A stretch of 64,000 bases of DNA from Bacteroidales bacterium UBA3653. Its GTDB lineage: Bacteria > Bacteroidota > Bacteroidia > Bacteroidales > Paludibacteraceae. Of this stretch, positions 16,602 through 25,845 are shown piece after piece. Where the stretch lies: the NCBI GenBank assembly GCA_002373505.1, contig DFKE01000016.1, positions 21,472 to 85,471 on the forward strand. Reading direction: 5' to 3'. Position 1 is the stretch's first letter. Each line of letters starts with the position of its first letter. The notes beneath the pieces were generated by a model, which saw nothing but the letters and a program-made list of their open reading frames with translations, had not been told where the DNA came from and did no database searches. The position numbers and the translations under genes were made by a program.

Positions 16602-16645
16602 CGGCCGAAATTGTGTAAAAGCAATAATAGATAAACAACTTATTT

Positions 16646-17161
16646 ATGAAAAAGTTTTTTTATGTAGCACTCATGTGCATGGTAAGCGCAGTATTTTTTA
16701 GTGCTTGCAACAAGAATGAGCCGGAAGATGGCGGAAACAAAGTGAATTACGACCAGATGATCGGTTCATGGAAGTTAACCTCTTACTCCGTTCTTTGGAA
16801 AAATCTCGATGACAACACCACCGAGAAAGAGCTGAACTACACCGACGGTTATCTCGTTATTGAAAAGAAGAAAACCGACGACGGCGATGCGTATTTCTAC
16901 AAAGAGAATTTCGCTGACGAGAGCCGCGAAGAGTACGAGGGAATGTTGGAAATCGACTCCAAAAACAACCAAGTTTATTTCCGCGCAGAGGATGGTTTTC
17001 AGCGTAGAGACAATGCAGAAATCTATGATTTCAAGGTTTCGTTCCCTGAGAACGGCAAGATGGAGTGGGACTATCACACCACAGCGACCCACAGCCAAAA
17101 CGGCGTTTCCCATCAATGCAAACGCGATGTAAAAGCAGTATTCGTAAAACAACTACAATAA
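16646..17161 (+). CDS. hypothetical lipoprotein
   Basis: 171-aa ORF with a signal peptide and lipobox-like FFSAC. Preceded by a canonical promoter. Confidence 0.6.
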   Translation: MKKFFYVALMCMVSAVFFSACNKNEPEDGGNKVNYDQMIGSWKLTSYSVLWKNLDDNTTEKELNYTDGYLVIEKKKTDDGDAYFYKENFADESREEYEGMLEIDSKNNQVYFRAEDGFQRRDNAEIYDFKVSFPENGKMEWDYHTTATHSQNGVSHQCKRDVKAVFVKQLQ

Positions 17162-17174
17162 TTTATTTACAGCA

Positions 17175-17549
17175 ATGAAAAAGATTTTTTCTTTGGCAGT
17201 AGTATTCTGCCTCGCCCTCGTGGGCGCAATGTTCGTTTCTTGCGAGAACGAGCAGAAGAGTAGTTATCCGTATGAAGTAAAGTTGGCTCCGGTGGAGCAG
17301 GACCCGGCATTGTGCATGCAGTTTGAGCTGAATGGTCTGCCTATTATCAACGAGGAGATGGAGAAAGCAGCAGATCAGAAGGGCATCATCTTCAAAGACA
17401 CCCGTGCTAACGCCGACAAACGCGCGAAAGAGGCTTTTGCTAAAGGTGTTGATCGCGTACGCGAAGAGACCAACAACTCGTACGAAGGTCTGATCATCGT
17501 TCTCAACCTTGCTGACCCGGTCACCGAGCTCCAAAGAGTGACACTTTAA
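17175..17549 (+). CDS. hypothetical lipoprotein
   Basis: 124-aa ORF with a signal peptide ending MFVSC. Followed by a hairpin/T-run terminator. Confidence 0.55.
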   Translation: MKKIFSLAVVFCLALVGAMFVSCENEQKSSYPYEVKLAPVEQDPALCMQFELNGLPIINEEMEKAADQKGIIFKDTRANADKRAKEAFAKGVDRVREETNNSYEGLIIVLNLADPVTELQRVTL

Positions 17550-17588
17550 GCCGTCTTAATGTAGAAAAATTGACGGAATTAGTATAAA

Positions 17589-17611
17589 AGGAGTGCTTCG
17601 GCACTCTTTTT
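17589..17611 (+). terminator. intrinsic terminator after the lipoprotein genes
   Basis: gagtgc-ttcg-gcactc followed by ttttt. Confidence 0.6.
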
Positions 17612-17621
17612 GCGTTAATAG

Positions 17622-17653
17622 TTTGCGTATTTCAGAAAAAAGCAGTAAATTTG
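17622..17653 (+). promoter_or_regulatory. Bacteroidota-type promoter for dapB (TTTG / TAAATTTG)
   Basis: TTTGcgtatttcagaaaaaagcagTAAATTTG with a 20-nt spacer. Confidence 0.65.
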
Positions 17654-17708
17654 TAGCCGATTTTGTGCGCACGTGTGAATATGCGCACGTATATACGAAA
17701 TAAGGAAG

Positions 17709-18410
17709 ATGAAAATAGCAATTATCGGATATGGCAAGATGGGCCACATGATTGAGGAAGTGGCTCGGAGCAGAGGACACCAAATAGTCGGGGTCATTGA
17801 CCCGCGACTAAATGAAGAATTAAAAATTAAAAATGAAGAATTAAGCTTGCCTCTGATTGATTTTGAGAGTGAGGAGTTTCGGAGTGCAGATGTGGCGATT
17901 GAGTTCACTACGCCGGCTACGGCGAAGGACAATATTTTGCGCGCGTGGGCGCAAGGAGTGCCGGTAGTGTGCGGGACGACAGGGTGGGATGCCGCGGCAC
18001 TAATGGACGAAGACCGACGGACACATGACAAACAAATGCTCGTGTGGAGTAGTAATTACTCCGTGGGCGTGAACATATTCTTTGAACTGAACAAGTTCCT
18101 GGCTCAGAAGATGGCGGAACAACCGCAATATACGCCTTCTATCAAAGAGATTCACCATATTCACAAGCTGGACAAGCCGAGCGGCACGGCAAAGACGCTT
18201 GCGGAGCAAATCTCCGCTATGTACGAAGGAAGGATGTACGATGTACGAAGGGAAGTGCCGATTGAATCCATCCGCGAGGGCGAAGTGCCGGGGACGCATG
18301 AGGTGACATGGGACAGTGAGGAGGATACGATCGTCATCACACACATCGCCAAAGGCCGGCGTGGTTTTGCCTTAGGAGCCGTACTGGCGGCAGAGGAGGT
18401 TACACGTTGA
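17709..18410 (+). CDS. dapB: 4-hydroxy-tetrahydrodipicolinate reductase
   Basis: 233-aa ORF with KIAIIGYGKMG NAD(P)-binding start and EIHHIHKLDKPSGTA active-site block. Confidence 0.85.
   Translation: MKIAIIGYGKMGHMIEEVARSRGHQIVGVIDPRLNEELKIKNEELSLPLIDFESEEFRSADVAIEFTTPATAKDNILRAWAQGVPVVCGTTGWDAAALMDEDRRTHDKQMLVWSSNYSVGVNIFFELNKFLAQKMAEQPQYTPSIKEIHHIHKLDKPSGTAKTLAEQISAMYEGRMYDVRREVPIESIREGEVPGTHEVTWDSEEDTIVITHIAKGRRGFALGAVLAAEEVTR
17810..17846. repeat. AATGAAGAATTAA x2 (21-nt spacing), in-frame in dapB
   Basis: aaatgaagaattaaaaattaaaaatgaagaattaagc encodes NEELKIKNEELS. Confidence 0.85.
18219..18252. repeat. ATGTACGAAGG family, in-frame in dapB
   Basis: atgtacgaaggaaggatgtacgatgtacgaaggg encodes MYEGRMYDVRR. 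Confidence 0.9.
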
Positions 18411-18460
18411 TTACCCGAAGCAAAGGAGATTGCCCGCAGAAAGTAAGGACACACTATCGA

Positions 18461-18502
18461 CAACCACTAAATATCACTAAGAATCACTAAGAACAACTAA
18501 CG
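18461..18502. repeat. 10-nt-period array (NNNNCACTAA x4), upstream of lepB
   Basis: caaccactaaatatcactaagaatcactaagaacaactaacg. Confidence 0.85.
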
Positions 18503-18547
18503 ATTATTTTTTGAACAATGCGTTCGAAAAATCACTGAAAAAGGGAA

Positions 18548-19903
18548 ATGAAAAGTTTTCAAGAAAGAATAAATGAGACTACGCGCGGTGGCTGGATCCG
18601 CGCAGGAATATGGGGAACGCTGTATGTGGCGTTCGTTATTTGGGTTGCATGGGGCGACTGGAAAAGCCTGGGATGGCTGGCGCTGCTGCCGCTCGTCATT
18701 GACATGTTCACCACCAAGTATATTAACTACAGCTGGTGGCGCAAATACAAAGACACCAAGCCGGCACTATATACTCTGTTCAGTTGGATAGACGCGATTG
18801 TGTTTGCGCTGGTGGCGGTGTATTTCATCAACCTGTATATCTTCCAGAACTACCAGATTCCGAGTTCGAGTCTGGAGAAGAGTCTGCGTGTGGGCGATTT
18901 TCTGTACGTCAGCAAGATGGCTTACGGTGCACGCGTACCGCAGACTCCGTTGAGCATGCCGCTGGTGCAACACACTATGCCGGAATGGTTAGGCGGCGGA
19001 AAGAGTTATCTGGATTGGCCTCATTGGGAGTACAAGCGTCTCGCAGGCTGGACGAGTCCAAAGAAAGGCGATATCGTGGTGTTCAATTTCCCTGCCGGCG
19101 ACACGGTATGCACGAAGATGCAGAACCCCGATTACTACACGCTCAAATATTACTACGGCGAAGGGTTGATCAAGTCGCGCAAGGATGTGTTCGGCGAGAT
19201 CGTGACGCGTCCTGTGGATAGAAGGGAAAATTATGTGAAACGCTGTGTGGGCGAGCCGGGAGACAGTCTGCGTATAATTAACAATGTTGTTTATACGAAA
19301 TTAAAAATAAGCGATGCCGAATGGCAGCGTGAACCGGAGAGAGAGGGGTTGCAACTCAATTACCTTGTTCGGACGGACGGACATGTGTTTGGTGCGAAAT
19401 ACCTGGAGAAGATCGGTATCAGCATAGCTGACCGCGTGCAGGTAGATCCGCAGACATGGCATTTCCCGCTGACGCAAGAGATGAAAGCAGAGCTGGAGAA
19501 GAATCCGCATGTGCTCGCTGTAGAAATAGAGCCGGAGACACAAGGCGGAGCCGTTTATCCGCTGGGGCACAACGAGTGGACACGGGACAACTACGGACCT
19601 ATTTATATTCCGCGGAAAGGCGATAAGATCTTGATTACCGAGGAGAACTACTGGGTCTATAAGCGTATTGCGGAGGCGTATGAGTTCCGACCGATGTGCA
19701 TCGGCGAGGAATATACGTTCAGCATGGATTACTACTGGATGCAAGGCGACAACCGACACAACAGCGCGGACAGCCGTTACTGGGGTTTCGTGCCGGAGGA
19801 CCATATCGTCGGACGACCTGTGTTCATTTGGCTGAGTATCGACAAAGACAACCATTCTATTCGTTGGAACCGACTGGGACGTAAAGCAACCGGCAGAGAA
19901 TGA
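18548..19903 (+). CDS. lepB: signal peptidase I
   Basis: 451-aa ORF with N-terminal TM segments, IPSSSLEKSLRVGDFL (catalytic Ser box) and GDNRHNSADSRYWGFVP. Confidence 0.85.
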   Translation: MKSFQERINETTRGGWIRAGIWGTLYVAFVIWVAWGDWKSLGWLALLPLVIDMFTTKYINYSWWRKYKDTKPALYTLFSWIDAIVFALVAVYFINLYIFQNYQIPSSSLEKSLRVGDFLYVSKMAYGARVPQTPLSMPLVQHTMPEWLGGGKSYLDWPHWEYKRLAGWTSPKKGDIVVFNFPAGDTVCTKMQNPDYYTLKYYYGEGLIKSRKDVFGEIVTRPVDRRENYVKRCVGEPGDSLRIINNVVYTKLKISDAEWQREPEREGLQLNYLVRTDGHVFGAKYLEKIGISIADRVQVDPQTWHFPLTQEMKAELEKNPHVLAVEIEPETQGGAVYPLGHNEWTRDNYGPIYIPRKGDKILITEENYWVYKRIAEAYEFRPMCIGEEYTFSMDYYWMQGDNRHNSADSRYWGFVPEDHIVGRPVFIWLSIDKDNHSIRWNRLGRKATGRE

Positions 19904-20421
19904 TGGTACTCCCTACTGCATATTTGCCTCCAAGGTCGTATATGGAGGCGCTGATGAGCGGAACCTGTATGATCGAACAGATGGAGACGTTCGAGAAACA
20001 GACGTTCCGTAACCGGGCACTCATCCGCGACGCCAAAGGCGAGTTGGTGCGGCTGACCGTACCGGTGAAGAAAGTGGAGCACAAACAGTTGACGCGGGAT
20101 ATAGAGATCAGTTACCAGACACGATGGCAACACCAACACTGGATTACGCTCGTAAGTGCCTACCAACACACACCGTATTTCATGTATTTCGCCGACTATC
20201 TCAAGCCGTTCTATGAACGGGAGTACAGATGGCTGATTGACCTGAACGACGAGATGAATGCGACACTCGCGGCGCTGCTGAAACGGGAAAGACCGACGTT
20301 AGTCGAAAGTCAGAAGTCAAAACTCAAAAGCCGCACAGAGGACTGGAGCGGACAGATTTGGACAGATAAACATCCGTGGCAAACGGAATTGAGCGTGTTA
20401 GACACGCTATTTGATGATTGA
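19900..20421 (+). CDS. WbqC family protein
   Basis: 173-aa ORF. FEKQTFRNRALI...LTVPV resembles the WbqC-like family N-terminus. Confidence 0.65.
   Translation: MMVLPTAYLPPRSYMEALMSGTCMIEQMETFEKQTFRNRALIRDAKGELVRLTVPVKKVEHKQLTRDIEISYQTRWQHQHWITLVSAYQHTPYFMYFADYLKPFYEREYRWLIDLNDEMNATLAALLKRERPTLVESQKSKLKSRTEDWSGQIWTDKHPWQTELSVLDTLFDD
20301..20332 (+). repeat. GTCGAAAG family (degenerate), in-frame in WbqC gene
   Basis: agtcgaaagtcagaagtcaaaactcaaaagcc encodes VESQKSKLKS. Confidence 0.8.
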
Positions 20422-20424
20422 GAA

Positions 20425-21447
20425 ATGAAAGATATTGACTGGAGTAAATTAGGATTTCATTATACCGAACCGGACTATATTGTCCGCTCGGCATATCATG
20501 ACGGCAAATGGGAAGAACCGTACGCGACCCAAGACAAGTTCTTGCATTTGCATGTATCCGCCACTTGTCTGCAATACGGACAGGAGGCATTCGAAGGACT
20601 GAAAGCGTTCCGCGGAGTGGACGGTAAGATCCGTATCTTCCGCTGGAGGGAGAATGCGCGCCGGATGGCGAAGAGCGCAGAGGGGCTGTATATGGCTCCT
20701 GTGCCGGAGGAGATCTTCGGCAAAGCGATTCACTTGGCATTGGAGAAGAACATGGATTTTGTACCGCCATACGGAACCGGTGCAACATTGTATTTCCGGC
20801 CGCTGCTGATAGGTACGACCCCGCGTCTGGGTGTAGGTCCGGGACGGGATTTCGAGTTCATCGTCATCCCTTCGCCTATCGGACCTTACTATCCCGGTAA
20901 GTTCCATTGCACGACGTTTGTAGTGAACCGGCATGTGGACAGGGCGGCACCGTTTGGAACGGGCACCTTCAAGGTAGGCGGCAACTATGCTTCGTCTTTC
21001 CGCGCTACCGAACCGGCGCATGCGCAAGGAATGGACTGTCTGTTCCTAGACGCGCGCTACCACAGGTATATCGATGAGTGTAGTGCGGCGAATTTTATTG
21101 GGATAAAGTCGAAAGACCAGATTGAGTATCTGACCCCGCGGAGCAGTGCTATTCTGCCAAGTATCACGAACGACAGTCTGATGACTCTGGCACGCGAGAA
21201 AGGCTACAAAGTGACACGCCGGCATATCCGTCTGGAGGAGTTGGCTCAGATGCAGGAAGCCGCAGCGTGCGGCACTGCGTGCGTCATCAGCCCGATAGAC
21301 AAAGTGATTGACCCTGAGAACAACAAAGTTTATTCGTTCGGAGCCGAACCGGGTCCTATACTGACGGACCTTTACCGCTCACTGAAAGATATACAGTACG
21401 GACGGGCGGAAGACAAACACGGGTGGTGCGAGGTAATTGAGAATTGA
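20425..21447 (+). CDS. ilvE: branched-chain amino acid aminotransferase
   Basis: 340-aa ORF with fold-type IV aminotransferase features (QEAFEGLKAFR, FKVGGNYA). The stop lies inside a GAGAATT array. Confidence 0.85.
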   Translation: MKDIDWSKLGFHYTEPDYIVRSAYHDGKWEEPYATQDKFLHLHVSATCLQYGQEAFEGLKAFRGVDGKIRIFRWRENARRMAKSAEGLYMAPVPEEIFGKAIHLALEKNMDFVPPYGTGATLYFRPLLIGTTPRLGVGPGRDFEFIVIPSPIGPYYPGKFHCTTFVVNRHVDRAAPFGTGTFKVGGNYASSFRATEPAHAQGMDCLFLDARYHRYIDECSAANFIGIKSKDQIEYLTPRSSAILPSITNDSLMTLAREKGYKVTRRHIRLEELAQMQEAAACGTACVISPIDKVIDPENNKVYSFGAEPGPILTDLYRSLKDIQYGRAEDKHGWCEVIEN

Positions 21448-21474
21448 GAATTGAAAATTCAAATTAAAAATTAT
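21433..21474. repeat. GAGAATT family array containing the ilvE stop codon
   Basis: gtaattgagaattgagaattgaaaattcaaattaaaaattat. TGA at 21438/21445/21452 covers all three frames. Confidence 0.9.
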
Positions 21475-21479
21475 ATATT

Positions 21480-23018
21480 ATGTTTAAGAATCAACCCAAA
21501 GGATTGTTCGCGTTGGCTTTAGCCAACACAGGCGAGCGTTTCGGCTACTACACGATGTTAGCCGTATTCGCGCTTTTCTTGCGCGCTAATTTCGGTCTGT
21601 CGGCTTCGGCAGCCGGTGCTATTTACTCCACGTTCCTTGCGTTCGTTTATTTCCTGCCGCTGATCGGTGGTATAGTAGCTGACAAAATCGGTTACGGCAA
21701 ATGCGTGACGATAGGTATTATTATCATGTTTCTGGGCTATGTGCTGCTCGCTATCCCGATGGGAGGCGTGGAATACGGCAGTACGGCAGTAGCGATGGCA
21801 GGCATGATAGGTGCGTTGGTACTCATCAGTTTCGGAACAGGTCTTTTCAAAGGTAACCTGCAAGTGATGGTAGGTAATCTGTATGACGATCCGCAGTACG
21901 CAGACCGTCGCGACGCCGCTTTCTCGCTGTTCTATATGGCAATCAACATCGGCGCTATGTTTGCTCCTACGGCGGCCGTGAAAATCATGGACTGGGCACA
22001 GAGTTCGCTGGGCGTGAGCGTCAATGACAGTTACCATTTCGCGTTCGCAGTAGCGTGCGCTTCGCTTATTCTTAGTATCGCTATCTACTACGCTTGCCGT
22101 CCTTGGTTCAAGCATGTAGAGAACACCGCCAAACAGGCAGCAGCAAGCGGTCAGAAGGTAGAGGAACTGACACCGGAGCAGACCAAGAAACGTATTGTGG
22201 CGCTGTGTCTGGTGTTCGCGGTAGTGCTGTTCTTCTGGATGGCGTTCCACCAGAACGGTCTGACGCTGACCTATTTCGCCAATGAGTTTGTGAACCCTGT
22301 AGTGACCGGCGTTCAGACGATGGCATTCGACATCATCAATCTGGTATTGGTAGCAATCCTCGTGTATGCGCTGTTCGGTATCTTCGGCGAAGGGACGAAG
22401 AAAGCAAAGATGATCTGGAGCTGCGTAGGAATCGCTGTATTGGGTGCGCTGGCATACAAGTATATCAGCCATCCGGCAGAGATCGGTATCTCCGCTCCTA
22501 TCTTCCAGCAGTTCAACCCGTTCTACGTAGTAGCCCTGACGCCGGTAAGCATGGCCATCTTCGGCGCGCTGGCAAAGAAAGGCAAAGAGCCTTCTGCACC
22601 GCGTAAGATCGCTTACGGTATGTTAGTCGCAGCCGCAGCATACGCCGTGATGGCGTTCTGCTCAATCGGTCTGCTGACTCCGGCAGAGCAAGAACTGGCA
22701 CGCGTGACAGGAAACGGCACGTTCGTTAATTCCAATGTGCTGATCCTTACCTATCTGGTACTTACTTTCGGCGAGTTGCTGCTCAGCCCGATGGGTATCT
22801 CGTTTGTGAGCAAGGTTGCTCCTCCTCAATACAAAGGAATGATGATGGGCGGCTGGTTCGTAGCTACCGCATTAGGCAATTTCCTGGTTTCCGTAGGCGG
22901 TTTCCTCTGGGGCAGTCTGCCGCTGTGGCTCGTATGGAGCGTGTTTATCGGTGTATGTCTGATTGCAGCGATCTTTATGTTCGCTATGATGGGCAAACTG
23001 GAAGACGCAACGAAGTAA
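21480..23018 (+). CDS. proton-dependent oligopeptide transporter (POT/PTR2 family MFS)
   Basis: 512-aa polytopic ORF with GERFGYYTM (ExxERFxYY) signature. Confidence 0.85.
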   Translation: MFKNQPKGLFALALANTGERFGYYTMLAVFALFLRANFGLSASAAGAIYSTFLAFVYFLPLIGGIVADKIGYGKCVTIGIIIMFLGYVLLAIPMGGVEYGSTAVAMAGMIGALVLISFGTGLFKGNLQVMVGNLYDDPQYADRRDAAFSLFYMAINIGAMFAPTAAVKIMDWAQSSLGVSVNDSYHFAFAVACASLILSIAIYYACRPWFKHVENTAKQAAASGQKVEELTPEQTKKRIVALCLVFAVVLFFWMAFHQNGLTLTYFANEFVNPVVTGVQTMAFDIINLVLVAILVYALFGIFGEGTKKAKMIWSCVGIAVLGALAYKYISHPAEIGISAPIFQQFNPFYVVALTPVSMAIFGALAKKGKEPSAPRKIAYGMLVAAAAYAVMAFCSIGLLTPAEQELARVTGNGTFVNSNVLILTYLVLTFGELLLSPMGISFVSKVAPPQYKGMMMGGWFVATALGNFLVSVGGFLWGSLPLWLVWSVFIGVCLIAAIFMFAMMGKLEDATK

Positions 23019-23057
23019 TGTACGAAGGACAAATGTCGAAAGTCGAAAGTCGAAAGC
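23017..23057. repeat. two families juxtaposed: ATGTACGAAGG then GTCGAAA x3, intergenic
   Basis: aatgtacgaaggacaaatgtcgaaagtcgaaagtcgaaagc. It starts inside the TAA stop of the POT gene. Confidence 0.9.
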
Positions 23058-23058
23058 A

Positions 23059-23640
23059 ATGGAAGAAGTAATCAAATATTTTGAAGGACTTGAGGAACGT
23101 ATAGCCACTCTGGAAGCAGAGTTGGCTTCCCTCGAGGCTGAAATAGACGAACTCAAGAGTCGTCCTGCTCCCGAACCTCAAGTAGTGGAGAAGGTGGTAG
23201 AGAAAATCGTAGAGAAACCGGTAGAGGTGATCAAAGAGGTGGTAGTAGAAAAGCCGGTTGTAGTAGCTGCTCCCGTCGTTCCGGAGAAACCGGAAGAGCC
23301 GGAAACCATCCAGGAAGAACCCGTAGCAGAAGAGCCGGTAAAGGAAGAACCGGTGAAGGAAGATCCTGTACCTGCGAAAGAAGAGGTGGCATCACCGAAG
23401 GCGGCTGTCTATGGCAAAGCCGTAGATGATATCCGTCAGGCTATATCGCTGGGTGACCGGTTCCTATATCAACGCGAACTCTTCAACCAGAATGCCGAGC
23501 TGATGCAAAAGACGCTGACGGAGTTGAATGAACTGGGTTCGTTCGACGAGGCCATCCAATACATCAGCCGCTTCGGTTGGGACACAGAGAGTAACAGTTA
23601 CCAGCAGTTCATCGTAGCGCTGCATCGCAGGTTCGGCTAA
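23059..23640 (+). CDS. hypothetical protein (coiled-coil N-terminus, Pro/Glu/Val-rich linker, conserved-looking C-terminal domain)
   Basis: 193-aa ORF with LEAELASLEAEIDELK, then (E/K)PV repeats. Confidence 0.6.
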   Translation: MEEVIKYFEGLEERIATLEAELASLEAEIDELKSRPAPEPQVVEKVVEKIVEKPVEVIKEVVVEKPVVVAAPVVPEKPEEPETIQEEPVAEEPVKEEPVKEDPVPAKEEVASPKAAVYGKAVDDIRQAISLGDRFLYQRELFNQNAELMQKTLTELNELGSFDEAIQYISRFGWDTESNSYQQFIVALHRRFG

Positions 23641-23642
23641 AC

Positions 23643-23672
23643 CGTTAAGATGTTAAGTTGTTAAGATGTTAT
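23643..23672. repeat. 8-nt-period array GTTAAGNT x3 containing the rsmI start codon
   Basis: cgttaagatgttaagttgttaagatgttat, with ATG at 23666. Confidence 0.85.
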
Positions 23673-24331
23673 ACATCGTTCCTACACCGGTTGGTAATCT
23701 GCAGGACATTACGTTCCGCGCCATCGAGGTGCTGAAATCAGTTGATCTGATTCTTGCAGAAGACACACGCACCAGCGGCGTGCTGCTGCAGCATTATGAC
23801 ATTCATACGCCGCTCAAGAGCCACCATAAGTTCAACGAGCATGAGACCTCGGCGGATATTGTAGAGCGGCTGAAGGCGGGTGCTAACATTGCCTTGATCA
23901 GCGATGCCGGAACACCGGCTATCAGCGATCCGGGATTCTTTCTGGTGCGCGCTGCCGCCGAAGCGGATATTGAGATCCAGACCCTCCCCGGTGCAACGGC
24001 TTTCGTACCTGCATTAGTGGACAGCGGGCTGCCGAACAACCATTTCTATTTCGAGGGATTCCTGCCGCAGAAGAAAGGCCGGCAGACGAGGTTGCAGTAC
24101 CTCGCGGCACTGGACCAGACATTCATCGTCTACGAGTCGCCGTTCCGGCTGGTGAAGACGCTGGAACAGCTGGCAGCCGTGTGCGGCGAGGAACGCAAAG
24201 CGAGTGTGACGCGCGAGATCAGCAAGATCCACGAAGAGACCATAAGAGGTTCGCTGGCGGAACTGATTGCCCGTTTCACCGCCACACCGCCGAAAGGTGA
24301 GATTGTCATCTGTGTTGCCGGCAAGGATTGA
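23666..24331 (+). CDS. rsmI: 16S rRNA (cytidine1402-2'-O)-methyltransferase
   Basis: 221-aa ORF with LYIVPTPVGNLQDITFRAIEVLKSVDLILAEDTR. Confidence 0.9.
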   Translation: MLYIVPTPVGNLQDITFRAIEVLKSVDLILAEDTRTSGVLLQHYDIHTPLKSHHKFNEHETSADIVERLKAGANIALISDAGTPAISDPGFFLVRAAAEADIEIQTLPGATAFVPALVDSGLPNNHFYFEGFLPQKKGRQTRLQYLAALDQTFIVYESPFRLVKTLEQLAAVCGEERKASVTREISKIHEETIRGSLAELIARFTATPPKGEIVICVAGKD

Positions 24332-24366
24332 AATGAACAAATGGTAAATGATAAAATGGCAAATAG
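24331..24366 (+). repeat. family A array spanning the rsmI stop and the flippase start
   Basis: aaatgaacaaatggtaaatgataaaatggcaaatag. TGA is at 24329 and ATG at 24341. Confidence 0.9.
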
Positions 24367-25813
24367 CTCGATGAAATCATTGGCGAAGGACACCGTCATC
24401 TACGGTGCCAGTTCGATAATAGGTAAGTTTCTGAACTACCTGTTAGTGCCGCTGTACACCTACGCGCTCGCTCGCACATCGGATTATGGTATTGTGACCA
24501 ATATCTATGCCTGGACGGCATTGCTGCTGGTCATCCTGACCTATGGCATGGAGACGGGCTTCTTCCGTTTCGTCAATAGAGAGGATTACGACCCAAAGAG
24601 CGTCTATAAGACCGCTTTCATGACCCTGCTGTGCTCCAGCGCGGTGTTCACCATGCTGGTCGTCGTTTTCCATCAGCCCATAGCGAATGTGCTGGGGTAT
24701 GCCGATCATTCGGAGTTTGTAGAGATGATGTTTGCCACGGTAGCGGTGGATGCTTTTGCGAGCATTCCGTTTGCCTATCTGCGATACCAGAAAAAGCCGA
24801 TACGTTTTGCGGCATTAAAACTGCTGTTCGTCATTCTGAATATCGGTTTCAACTTGCTTTTCCTGGTCGTGCTCGGCAAGAATGACGTATTCTATATCTT
24901 CCTCAGCAATATCTTAGCAACCCTGATTCAGACCGTCTGTCTGTTACCGATGACATTACCGAGAGGCGGACAATTCAGCGTGCCGGTACTAAAAGAAATG
25001 CTCCGCTATTCGCTGCCGCTATTGGTTTTAGGCGTAGCGGGGATCATGAACCAGACTCTGGACCGCATTCTTTTCCCCTATTTATATACAGGGTCCGATG
25101 CACAGGCGCAGTTGGGTATTTACGGTGCATGCTTCAAGGTGGCGATGGTGATGATGATGTTCACCCAGGCTTTCCGCTATGCGTACGAACCGTTTGTGTT
25201 CGCCAAGCATAAGGACCGTCAATCCGTAGAGGCGTATGCCGACGCAATGAAATACTATATCATCTTCTCGTATCTCATTCTGTTAGGCGTGGTCTTCTAT
25301 CTGGATATCTTCCGGTATATTGTATCCCCGGCCTATTGGGAGGGTCTGAAGATCGTGCCGGTTGTGCTATGGACGTATGTTTTCCAAGGGATTTATTTCA
25401 ACCTCAGTTTCTGGTACAAGCTGACGGACGAGACCAAATGGGGAGCCTATTTCTCGCTCATCGGTCTGGCTATCACTCTGGTCATACAGATCGTAGGTGT
25501 GCCGGTCATCGGATATTGGGCAAGTTGCGGAAGCAGTCTGATATGCTATTTCGTAATCATGCTGCTGTCCTATTTCATCGGTCAGAAGAAAGCGCCTGTA
25601 CCTTACGACATGAAACGTATCGGCGGCTATACGGCACTGACGATCGGTCTGCTGGCTGTTTATTATGCATTACGGCTCTATTATATCAGCAATATGTGGG
25701 TAATGATGGGAATAGGGACACTCCTCATTGCCTTGTATCTCTTCGTAATGACCCGGCAGGATTTTCCGCTCTCCGGACTACCGGTAGTGGGAAAATATTT
25801 CAAGAGAAATTAA
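24341..25813 (+). CDS. oligosaccharide flippase / polysaccharide biosynthesis protein (MOP superfamily)
   Basis: 490-aa ORF with about 12-14 TM segments. The first 5 codons are a word array; alternative starts at 24356 and 24371. Confidence 0.7.
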   Translation: MVNDKMANSSMKSLAKDTVIYGASSIIGKFLNYLLVPLYTYALARTSDYGIVTNIYAWTALLLVILTYGMETGFFRFVNREDYDPKSVYKTAFMTLLCSSAVFTMLVVVFHQPIANVLGYADHSEFVEMMFATVAVDAFASIPFAYLRYQKKPIRFAALKLLFVILNIGFNLLFLVVLGKNDVFYIFLSNILATLIQTVCLLPMTLPRGGQFSVPVLKEMLRYSLPLLVLGVAGIMNQTLDRILFPYLYTGSDAQAQLGIYGACFKVAMVMMMFTQAFRYAYEPFVFAKHKDRQSVEAYADAMKYYIIFSYLILLGVVFYLDIFRYIVSPAYWEGLKIVPVVLWTYVFQGIYFNLSFWYKLTDETKWGAYFSLIGLAITLVIQIVGVPVIGYWASCGSSLICYFVIMLLSYFIGQKKAPVPYDMKRIGGYTALTIGLLAVYYALRLYYISNMWVMMGIGTLLIALYLFVMTRQDFPLSGLPVVGKYFKRN

Positions 25814-25845
25814 AAATTAGAAATTAAAAATTATAAATTATAAAG
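25806..25845. repeat. heptamer array AAATTA(A/G/T) x5 containing the flippase stop
   Basis: gaaattaaaaattagaaattaaaaattataaattataaag, with TAA at 25811. The ribE ATG is at 25846. Confidence 0.9.
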
